Assembly: GCA_963924565.1 (NCBI GenBank) | Contig: OZ004608.1 | Location: 11,904,001-11,968,000, forward strand | Reading direction: 5' to 3' | From: Ascidiella aspersa | Taxonomy: Eukaryota | DNA: 64,000 bases | In this document: positions 44,416 to 56,400 of the stretch, piece by piece | Layout: the number at the start of each line of letters is the position of its first letter | Numbering within the stretch: position 1 is the first letter of the stretch | Program-made: the position numbers and the translations under genes | The notes under the pieces: generated by a model | The model's database searches: none | What the model saw: only the letters and a program-made list of their open reading frames with translations | Told to the model about the DNA's origin: nothing

Positions 44416-47400
44416 TCAGATTTCCATAGGGTAGCACATATCGACGGGAATAATGCCGCTCGGAGAATGGACACCGGCAGGGCTGAGCGGCGACCCCAGG
44501 GGACTAACGGGACCCCCCAGCTGCGAGGTAAGAATTTCAACTTCCTCCTCCAGTGCCTGAGAGCGCTTGAACATTTGTACGTAGTTGAGCTGCAGTTGCT
44601 TCTGGTACCTGCGCGAGAAAAACAATGTTCGTTATGATTTGCGTAAGAATTTGCCTTTATGTTGCGACACAGCCGACCTAAATAGGAATATAATAGGAAT
44701 ATTTTCCCTATAGGAATATAGAAACCTCATTAACAGAACTCTACAAAACTAGCAATTCAAGTGCAACATATTGTACTATTTTTTGTTTTTATTATTTCTG
44801 CCTTTTTTAAATTAGTGGACAGAAAGTGGTTAGTTAATAACGTTTTAGGCCAAAGAAAAATAGGTGGCCAACTAACTATGTAAAACCGTAAATCCCCTTC
44901 AACGCAATAGTTTGATCGTATAAAAATCATCTTGTGACTCTTTTCGAATGCACTTGTAATGCAATCATAAAATGATTAACTCATAAAACGGCCATTCTCA
45001 AGTGGCGACAAACCAACAAAAATCGCGAAAACGCACCTGATGACGCGGTTCTTTTCCTGCGCCCACTGCTGTCGCTCCCTGTCGAAGAGGCGCGTCTGCT
45101 CAGCACGGAGCTCCTCGGATTCGCGCAGTCGCAACAGCAGCTCATCGCTGTCCACTTGTGTCGGGTACAACTGAACAGCCCCGTCCCCATTGTTGGGGTC
45201 GCAGCGCTTCAGCGGCGCCAAGTAGTTACGGTCGTCGCGCGAGGTGCTGTTGTTGTTCAGGTGCTGGTTTCGACTGACAGTGGGCGATAGGTTGGCCAGC
45301 GAGCTCTCGGCAGCGTCAAGGCTGCGCTCCAGCTGGTCGACTTCGCGCTCGCGTTCCAACAGTCTAGCGGCCAGCTCGTTGGCCTCGCAGTCGCGCTGCT
45401 TCAATCGCGCGCCAAGGTCGCGGTTCCTCGTTCGAAGCGCAACCGTTTCGCCAGTGCGCTGTTCCAGCTCGGCTTGTCGGTCCTTGAGCTGGCGCTTGAG
45501 GTGCGAAAGCTCGCCGTGCTTGTGCTGCACTTGCGATTCGCTCTCCTCCAGCCGGGCGCGCAGATCGGCCAGCGATTCCTGCTGGTGACCCCGTCGCCTC
45601 TCCAAGCTGTCCGACATCGACTTGACGCGGTCTTCCAGCTAAATAGACCACAAAGGTTTAGGTTAAACTGTGTGGTCGGGGTGGTGCTTATCGTACAAAT
45701 GGCGGTTTAAATACGGCCGCAGGCAAAACGAAGTTCAGGTGCAGTACAGTGGAAGTCGATTCTAGCAAGTATATTTAAAAGAATGTGCTTAATCATCTAT
45801 CTACTACCCCGTTTCCTTATTTATAAACGCATGTTTGAACGCCTTAATTGGTAGCCAAGGTGTTTTGTGTTTCATATTACATGTCGCCAAAGAATTATTT
45901 CACTTTAAAAAATTTGTTACTGTTCAACCCACTCGAAACCAGCGCGTTTTTAATCGATATTCTTAGCTTGTTAAAACTTCAACAACACATGGTAAACCGG
46001 AGTTAAATTCAAATTGCGTGGCTCAATTTGTCACGCTACGAGTTACGTCATTCAAGATCAGCGACAACCCCCTCTCTGTGGTGTCCGTCCGACAGCTAAG
46101 ACTGACAAAAGCCACAAAAGCCTCTTAAGCCTTTCACCGCGATGACCGCACTGGTGAGACAATTTAACTTGGGCACTGGTGAGACAATTTAACTTGGACA
46201 ATGGATAAGCCCATGGATTGATAGCCACACTTTAATTACAGTTTACACGTTACACTTAGCAAACATGAACAACTGTCAGCATCAACCGTCGCGGTTAGTA
46301 AATGTCCATCATTAAATCGACAGTCAATATTCTAAATCTCAACGCCTCTGCTTATAAACGACACATCTCTACGCTTAAAATTGGCATGCAATGAGTAAGG
46401 GCAAGGTTGTTAAAAAACATGCGGAAAACTGTCAGCCAGAAAATGGTCTCATAGCCTTGTCTTAGCACCGGGCGCGGGCCATTACCTCGATGTTAGTTCG
46501 CAAAAGTTGCCGGTTCTCTTCCCTCGCTTGCTGGTATTCGCGCTCCAGTTTTCGTTGCTGCTTCATCACCTTGGCAGTCTGCGGTCAGCACGGGGCAAAA
46601 ACGCAAGAGAGAAACAACTGGTTAGTTGGCGAGAATTCGGTTATTCTTTAGTTAGGCCAAGGAAAGAGTTGCCGATAGGGGAGTAGTGCATGCGATCAAC
46701 TATATGACGTAAGGCAGCTGGGTTGTGGTTATAATTTGCAGGCTCAGCTCTACGGAGGAGTGAGTTAATACGGAACAAAAATTGATTTAGTGTTCGATTT
46801 CCATGAATTATTTACAAGCCTAAGTTTGTTATCAGTTCGCTTATCCCGCTAATGAAAATGGGGCGCACAAACGAAAAGAGGCCAAAGGCCCTTTTAAACG
46901 AAAGCCTAAAACCGAAAGCATTTAAAAGCGCGTAATCGGAACAGACGACTGAAAAATCGAACGGCGATCAATTTTAGCCAATCAGTCTTGCGAAACATGT
47001 GACTCACGTGGTTCGGTTTTCGCTTAAATTAAACGTTGACCTGCTAAAAAGGCAGCCGGCCACGCCTTCGCGTCTGGTACAATTAACGGGCTGGCTTAGC
47101 TGGACTTTAATTGGAATTTCTAGGCGCCGCAAAGCGCTCTCTTGCGAGAGTAAGCTGTGCGTTAAGGGCGAGTGTGCCCTGTCGAATGGAAAATGTTATT
47201 TCACGCGCAGAGCTAATTCCAGGATTGAAAGGGTTAAATTGGCGAGTCTATTTTCGGTTAATGGATCACTGCGGTGAAAATAAGGAACCGATGGTTGTAC
47301 GACCGCTTCCTGGGAAAACACGGCCTAATAAAACTGAAAATTGCCTGTTTGTTGGTTCCTGTAAGATTTTCGATTGTACGTGATTTTAACTTTAAAGTTG

Positions 47401-50400
47401 CATTAGCTGCTATCTTTTATGTTGTTTGCTTTTACAGACTGGTAAAGAGTATATCGAATTGAAACGGTTGATATGTGTTTAATCTCAAATCTCAATTAAC
47501 TTTGTCTATTCGTTAGTAAAATAGCGATTCTGACTGACAACTACACACATTTTGATGTTAAGAAATTAACGATTGTGGCTCGTTTTGTCATTGTAAATGT
47601 CGCGGGGCGTATAAGTATGACAGTTTAGTCGCCAGTAATTCACTTGGTTATTTCAACTAAAATTATCACTGCAACAAAACACAAACATGCCTTCTATCAA
47701 AAGTACTTGCCTGGGCACGAAGCTGATTCGAGTATCTTTGCTTCAGATCCTGCATCTCGTTGTCCCTGGTCACGTGACGGTCTTCGTACACCTGAGATTC
47801 AAACGAAAAACAAATCACTGTGACGTCATAATGGAAACTAGCCACGTCGGCCGAGCTAAGGCGTAGGTGTTTAACGTGCTGATATATATACAAATAAATT
47901 TCGTGACCACTGTCCAGTTTGATTAGCAAACGTATGAGCTCTCATATAATAGTCAATAGTCCGGTTCCATTTTGCGGCCGATTTTAAATCTATATTTGCC
48001 CTGCTAAGAAGAAAGGGGCACAAACAGGGAGCCGGTCAATTTGAAAATCGTGAGTGCCTGGCGAGCCAAGGTCAAACGGGATCTCTCGAAGCTGCGTAAA
48101 CAAGCCAGAGCAGATTATCCTGTAGCGGCCTTTGCTTCGTTGGTCGACGCACTTTTATTTTTAGAAGCCGACTGGCGATGACGAACGAGCTTTGAAAGCT
48201 GAGACGATCTCTCAATTTTCACACACTATGATCACAGTCAACCGATAAAATCTTGTGGAAATTGAAAGGTTTATACGGATATTGTCAAAGGAGAAATGCA
48301 CAAATCACAAAAAGTTCTTTTTGGTGTGGTCAACTTGAACAAAGTTAAAAACTTGGCTTCTAATTTGGCCGAAAAAATACAGCAAAATAGTTTTGATAGA
48401 GGCCCAAAATACTGTCTTGTGACAGGAAATAAGCTTTGCGCATCTGCGCTTCCAAGCACAAATGTTTGTTTCCAGTAAACAATGGATGCCGAGAGCAAGC
48501 TAGTATATGTCAGCAGTACGAACTTCACGTTTTTTGCCAACGTACTCGTTTACCAGATGGCGAGTTTTTTTTATGGAATTTCCGTTTCTATGCGCGCGGC
48601 AGTAGCCAGTGGTTCCTGCGTTTTACAAAGGAGTCCAACTGTAACGAAAAACATCGAACGCTCACCGAACCAGCCACCCTTTACAGTTTTACCATTTACA
48701 TCGCTACCGGAAATGCAGCGATAAAGAAAAACATATTTACGAGACTTGCAGATTGAACCATTGAGCCTCGCTAACCGAACAATAAGGGTTTCAAAATAAA
48801 TCAGCTTGACAATGACAGGCCTGGTGACGCTCCGGCGTTGCATTTAGTACCTTTTCAGCGCCGCGATCTAGGTTCGTGTGAAGTGTAAGCGCCTCAAGGG
48901 TCCGCGATAACGAGAATTTCTGATCTGCGACGGTGACGGATCGATTTTCGGGCGACGCTTTTGATGAAGCGCAAATCGCGATAATTTGACGAACGAAAAA
49001 AGAAGAATAAAAACCCTATACAGCTAATCGATGACCGTTAAACGTTAACTTTCGCAAACGAAGAGATATGCGGGTTTTGCGTTCGGGCAATGCGAGAGCT
49101 GCACACAATGTCAAGCAAACGATCGATTGGAAGGTTTATTTGCATTCGATCACTTTGGAAACGCGTCAGAGCTATTTACCGAAGGTGAACAAGCCAACTC
49201 TGCGACTATCAGGTCGGGAGAATTTGATTTCCAAGTACCGGTCTTACGCTGGGCAATTCGATTTAATAAGCTGGCAATACGGCCGAATGGCAAAGGCTAG
49301 GCCAAGCTTTGGACTGTTAGGGCTAGCATCAAAGGATGGCAGCGCCAATAAGGCAATTACCGATGTGAGCCCTCCTGGGTGACGCATAGGTGCCAATTAC
49401 ACTGCAGGCCTGCGGTTACGGGTACATGCGAAATTCGTACCTAACGACCTTCCGTTGCAACGAAAACGCCCATTCTTTTGAATGCATTATACCGCCATCG
49501 CCTGATATCAAGAAAATGATTATTCAAGTCATATATTACTTAGGTGATATCATACACATAAAACAGTCATTACATTTTAGTCAGGTAAGTCAGGTCCGTC
49601 GGTATTCCTTTTAACTATAAAAGTGTCACAACATACAAAGGGCGAATATACGAATAGGCAAACCAAGCAAGAGAATATTTGATGGGAAGGTGAACCGGGC
49701 TAAGATACAGGTAAAAAATTACCTAGAGGCTTTTAAACGACGGCTGCAGCTGAGTACCGTTATTACGATAAAGAAACAAACAACAACAACCAAGTCTCAA
49801 AACCCGGTGATCACCCACCATGTGCAAGGCCTTCTCATTGTCCTCGAAGCTTCTGCGCAGCAACTGAAGTTCACCTTCCTTCGCCTTCACTCGGCACTCG
49901 AGGTCGCGAATCATGACGTCATCAGAAAGGTTCCTGCGCGATAAACGACCGTGTTTTCACTAACACTGAAGCAGCTTAGTTTTATCACTTTTCGCGAGGG
50001 TTGTAACCTTCCGTAAACTGCTGTACCCTTTGTTCAGTCGCATTTCGCCTAACGTTAAAAAAAGGTGGAAAACAATTAAGAGTGCGTTCTAATTATTTTA
50101 AAGCAATGGAACTCGGAATATCGCCCCTTCTGCCAATCTAAATTTCGCAGTGCAGAGCAATTTACAGCCTTGCCTGCTTTTTTATTATTGAAATTGGTTC
50201 CACACTACCACAAAAGAAAATTTACCATCAGGGAATTTAGGGGGTCAAGCTATGAGTATAGCTACAAACCAAAAGATCGAATTTTATTATTGTTGATTTC
50301 AGTGTAAGGTTGCATATCATATATTAGCAGGTCGCGAATCATGACGTCATCAGAAAGGTTCCTGCGCAATAAACGGCCATGTTCACTACAAAGGCAGCGG

Positions 50401-53400
50401 AGTGACCTTTACTTTTACGACCATGTGACCTTCGTCGAGCCCCATTTAGCGCAACGTACCTCGAAAGGGATGAGAAAATACACATGTTGTACAAAACAAT
50501 AAAATTAGGCCTACTTTCAAAGAGGCGGTTTTATGAAGTACTAATAACCAAAGTAGTAAAACGAATTTCGTTATCCCCGCAAACACCATTTTCGCAGAGT
50601 TTGTTTCAGAGCAATTTACAGCCTTGTTTGCTGTTTTCTTAATGGAGCTGGTCCCTCCGACAACACAAAATTGATGGTAATTAAGGTTATCCAGCCCTGA
50701 ATTATAACATGGACAGGTAAACAAAACAAATAGGTCTAATCTAATTCGATTACAGTGCAAGGTTGTATACCACAAATTTCCTTTACCTTTTTAACTTGGT
50801 AATATAACTGAAAAACAAAAATGTTACACTTACTTTGGCGAATAGAGCAGCGACGAATCCGAAACGTTGGGGTCGTTCTCGTGCATTGCGCTGTGATTAG
50901 TGGAGGACGAAACCCGCGCGCTATCGTACCCTTCTGACCCGGAACAACAAAAGCTTTCGCCAGCGCTGTTGTTGCTTGTGACAGGAATGCTTGTTGCTGA
51001 ATGGCGACCTAAAAAATGCATATTCAATAAAAATATTTTGGTTGCATGTACAAATCGCTACAAACAAGGAGCGGCAAAATTTGTCAAACAATTTACTCTT
51101 ACGTAACACAATAGCCTTTAGCAAAATCCATTAAGCGATGCAACACTTTCTCATGCCAACTACGGTTGGTCGGCTAGGCGTTAGTCGCATAGCATAGCAC
51201 TTTTTATTGACGCTCAAACTGAAGCAAACCTGATGAGAGGCTTGTGTAGGATAGCTGTTCCCATTTCCAACAATCCTCCATATTCAACACAGATATCTTA
51301 AAAATCGGCGCCTCGCAACAGTCAGTACTTATTCAACACAAGATTCTGTCCTATCGAAGCTGTTAATGTTGGCGCGCTAAACCTACAACAAATCTGGCAA
51401 TAAGTATGAAAGCACTTCCCGCTCGATAAACCGCGAAAACCTCGAGAGAAGAGGATTTCGAAATTGCGTTTTTTAGTTCGCCAAAATAAGAGGGGACTCT
51501 CGAAGACAACTGGGCGCGGGCGTAAAATTGCGGCTGAACCGCCACTCGAAACGACCTGGGCTTTCCGGTTATCGAATTAAAGCAGACGCGCGACCTTCCT
51601 ACGCGCTGACAAATGACAAGTCGGCGTGGCGAGACAGCATCTTTAATTATAACGGAGCGGGTCGAAACTTGTGTAGGACAACAGCGCGCACGCGAGCCAT
51701 TCGGTTTTCTGGCGAAAAAACAGACGCGTCTCACTTGGCTAACAAAAAAGCCACTAAGAGTGCGGGAGCTTTTTTCTGCATACCTTTACAACGTTTTGGC
51801 AAGGTGTTTTCAGAAAAGTCTAATTAGGCAAAGGTTGTAATCTAAGCAAGGTTGGAACAACGACGTTAACTGAGCTGCTAACTGGTTCAACTGAGCAGTT
51901 TGGCGCTTGGTGCTCAAACCATACACCTGTCCTAAAGTGCTAAAAGTGCTAAGCTGACTATCTGAAATAAATCTTAAACTAAGTCTGCCTTGATTTAGGA
52001 CTTACGTCCAAAAAGGTTGCCCATAAGTCGTCTCTAAGCCATTTTCTGCCTGCCACTGGATTATATCAGAGTCATACGCTTGTTCTTCTGTCATAGCCCG
52101 ATCTGGACAGCGACCGTGGTCCTTCGCGGCTAAATTTAGGCACAAATCTACCTGAAGATAAAACAGCACAAACTTCTGCGAAGTAGCCACCTGGCCTCTA
52201 AGCCGCTAAACATGGCGCAAAGCCGCCAGAAGCGCCGCCACGCGAACAACGACAGCAGCTGAGCCTGTAAACATCATAGCTCTTGACCGCGTCCCACCTG
52301 AGTCTGAATGATTCGATTCGTCGGAAGCGGCGGTCTTGATATCCAGCGTTCCGTCGGCGCCGGCGCCCGCAGCGGAGGTTGTTGCGATGTTGGAAGCCGC
52401 AGCGGCGGTCGTGGTATTCGAGGTGGCGGCGAAACCGTCGACCCGCGGCGAGGAGCCTGCGCGAAACGACACCGAACAGTCAAACAACGGCGCTGGAAAA
52501 CAGACGTTAGACACTATCCCATTACCGGGTTAGAGAAAACCCGCTCGCCCGCAGCCCGCCGTTACGTCAAAAGGCTTTGTGTCTTCCAGGGCTATAACGG
52601 TTTACCCGCATATCATACACGAAGCCGCAGCAACGGAACAGATACAGGTGAAGAGCCCCCAGACTTTACCGAGAGAGCGCGCAAGAATGGGCATGAGTAA
52701 ACGTGAGTTTGTGGTCGAAACAACGCGAGGCTTGCGTTACTTTGGGCTCGCGTCTTAAGTGTCTCTACTCCTGACAACACGGCGGGACGGGGCTTTGAAA
52801 GCGAGAAGCATAACGCAATGATTGGTTTATTATCGCAGGAAACCTGCGTCAAACGTGCCTTAAAGCGCATGCTAAACGTTAGTGTGAAGCGGATGGAAAC
52901 TATTATTCTTTTGAAACTAAGGCGTGGTATCGTGATGTATCAATCGCAGCCACCCGAAAACTTTACATCTATTTATATTGGCATCAATCTTGTCGACATG
53001 CTGATAAATCAACTGAGGCACATAACAAAACCCGTGCTAAAAATATATCCTCGATTTCAGTTGTGCGAGTGGTAGGGGAGGGAAATGCGCAAGGGGTGTT
53101 TGCATTACATGAGAAAAACCGAAAAAGTGATACTTATCACGCCCAATACACACACCATAGACGTGAATAGTTTCGCTTAACCAGGCTCGTAATAGAATGG
53201 GTACAATATCGATCTGACAATATGAACCCAATACCCCAGACCACACGCATTTCAAACCCCACCCTCAAAGGGGCGTGCAATTAAAGGCGATATCGTTGAC
53301 CCACCGTCGGATGCGATGCGTTCCCACGAGCCGGCGTGTGCTATCACCATTCCTTCGCGCGCCGCTCTGCTCTGCTGCACAACCGGCTTGAAGGCGGTCG

Positions 53401-56400
53401 GGCGAAGAATGGTGGAGTCGGAAGCCTGCAACAACACATTGAAGTACAGTTTATGTCAGAAGCTTACTGCGTTACGTTATCCGTTAAAACCGAGTTATTG
53501 GCCTGGCTGCCAAATGGAGGGCCTGTTTTTTTTACCTTCACGACATGTTGTTGGCTAGTATTAACACTTCATTAAAAACTCGAAGAGTATTACTATATAA
53601 TATGGCACAAAACTAGGAAAATCTCAGAAACCTGTCGAACATACTTTAATATACGACTTGTATTCTGTCGCCTGGTTTTGATCGAACTAACCATCCCACA
53701 TGTTTTTGCATATTTTTAACGACCTTTTCCCATCGAGTCTTACATTCATTTACTTCCATTTGACGAAAACAGGCCTAGACACATTTATCTCACTCGATAA
53801 CGAATGTCGAATGTGTCTGATTGATTCTCAGTGGTTAATGCAATTACGTTACGTACAAGTACGACAAATAAGTTTGTACGCGATTGAATGCTTCGAAAAC
53901 GAGCCAAGTGTAAAGGAGTTCTGTCGTTAAAAGGTGTGTTTAACATGAGCACCCGTGAAACCAGAGAAAACACCATTACATGGATAAATCGGTGGTCTGA
54001 CGTAAGCCGAAACAGCAGCCTCTCAAATCGTGTTGCCACCCCATGTTTTGGCAGCCCCACGGGAAATGTTATCTCTTGGTGTGGTCTACTGCGCAGCCCA
54101 GGCACATATGCTGCCTTTTACGTGATCACGAAATTATACACCGATCTAATGCGATTGGACGGCCTCCTGTGATATCCATCTTTCTAGCATCAACGTGCTG
54201 TCATTTGTGAGGTAAACGGTTCCGGGAAAGGGCTGTTATTCTACCGCGATCGCAGAAAACTGTCGTTTGATGAACGGCTTGATTGGGCTCGGGCCTTTTC
54301 ACCGAAGTTTGTGTTTGCGCCGGTAATTATTCAAAAGTAAACAATAGAACAGTTCGTCAAATTGCTGTAAGCATTAAAAGCTTATTGCTAATAATAATTT
54401 GTGCTTTAAAAGTCAAAAATTAAAACTATATATATTGACAATTATTAACAGGGTTTCTTAATCTGGGGTTTACGAACCCTATAAGGGTCCGAGGTAGTTC
54501 CGCAGAACATTTTTTAACATTTTATATAAACCTATAATAGCCAGAATCTATAATTTTTATTAAAACTTAATGAAATTTGAGCATTTAACGATGAGTACAT
54601 TGTAGCATTGTATTGTAGGGTAGTATTGTAGGGTATTTTTTGAAAAATCTATGCTTTAAGAATGTATGAAAAAACATCATTTTTAAGAAGCAAACGGAGC
54701 CTGCCAAGTGCCAAGTACAAAAGCTTGGAACAACTGATTTATAAATACAAACTTTGTTGTAAATACATTTATGAATGTCTACAATGTTGACTTTAACGTA
54801 TAAAAATGCCACCCAACCTCTGTATTGATTGGGATTATTTTAAGCATATCATATATTTACGTCGTTTGTTACGCCCGAAAACCAGTATAAGGCGAGACTT
54901 TACGCGATGTTGGTGCGCAGTTTGTCTGGCTGTTAAACGTCAATTGCACTACCCTACGAATTGTCGTGAATTGTTCTGCTTCAAAACTCAGTCAAGAGAG
55001 ACAAACCTGGTGTCACGCGAGGACCCTGGTGACCCGGAAGAAGACACGGAACAGGGGACAAACACAAGGGGGAAGCGGCTTGTTTGTCTGGCCGGGTCGG
55101 CCCTTGGCCCCATGGTGACGTCAATGGTTCCCATACCACACCCTGGTGCGGTGTTGTTTTAGAAAACAACCTGATTATACCGGACTAGAACTGCAACGCA
55201 GCAAGGATTTCTTTTCACTGCAAATCAGTCGAGACAGGCGAAAGTTTTTTCTCTAATAGCGTTAAAAAAAAAAAAAAAGGCTTAGGCTAAACTAAAATGC
55301 CCGATGCTTTATTTCAGTTTTGTAATAAAGACGTTTAACGTAATAATAAATAATTATGGAGTTTGGTCAATTTTAGACTGCTCATATCTGAGACATTATA
55401 AGCTGCAGAAGAGTTGCGTCAAGTAAACTCAGGCGTATCATGCTCTTACAAAAAAAAACGCTTTAATTCGATTAAACGCTTTATAATGAACGCAACGATT
55501 TTTATTTCAAAGTCATCCACAATGACCCTCAATTCAATTATTGGCAAATAGCACTCCACAAATCCTGCAAAACTGTCACGTAATCTAAAATTATCTTGAG
55601 TAAAATGTAGCTAGTGTTTCAAAACTGCTATTTTATTGTTTTAAACACTGGATTATTATCAATCTAAGAGGAGCTACTGAATACGTTGTTTTAAAGCGTG
55701 CATTTGGGCACGCCGACGCGCGCAACCCTTTTGTTTTCGTAGCGGAAATAATTCGGACGCTCGAATCGATATTTAATGGAGAATCGGCGCTGGGCCGTCG
55801 GGACTCGGTCATCAAATCGAGACTGATGAACGAAAGATGCCGATTGCGCTCGTTCTGCCCCAAGGGGTTGCACGCTACCAATGGCGTGTGCTGTCTTAAA
55901 TTCCACTCAGCTAACAGCAGACGCCCGGCTGCAATGCGAGGTTGCTTGCATGTTAAACACATGTCGGGAGTTTCTATTCAAACCAAGTCCGTTCTTTTTA
56001 GCAACACTTCGCACGCAAATGAATTGCACCTGGACAAACGCCACTTATGTTTCCAAAGAGAGGGAAACAAAGGTTTGCCGGAGTTGGAAATCGATTTATG
56101 GGAAGATTAAAATTGTATAAGGCTGCCGTGGCGAATTACTACAAAAGTTGCGTTTCATAAGGTCGCAAATAGGATACACGAATTGATTGCAGGAACTACG
56201 CATCCCTATCATTTAGCCTAAAAAAATGAGGTAATTGACAAAGCAACCGTTAAAAGGCTGTCCACCATAAAACAATCAAAATTTCGCATATAATGCAATG
56301 GCGACTGAGCAGTGAAATCATAGGCGCCAGGGCCGGTGAATTTAAGGTTTTCCGAGTTCGTCTAAACATCCCTTTCCTGTCATTTATGAAAATAAACCTC

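Noticed and set aside
45244-45710. Overlapping and antisense ORFs over GC-rich LZTS exons (also 52308-52700, 56863-57484, 58338-58897)
   Set aside because: Shadow ORFs expected from GC-rich, stop-poor coding sequence; no recognisable motifs.
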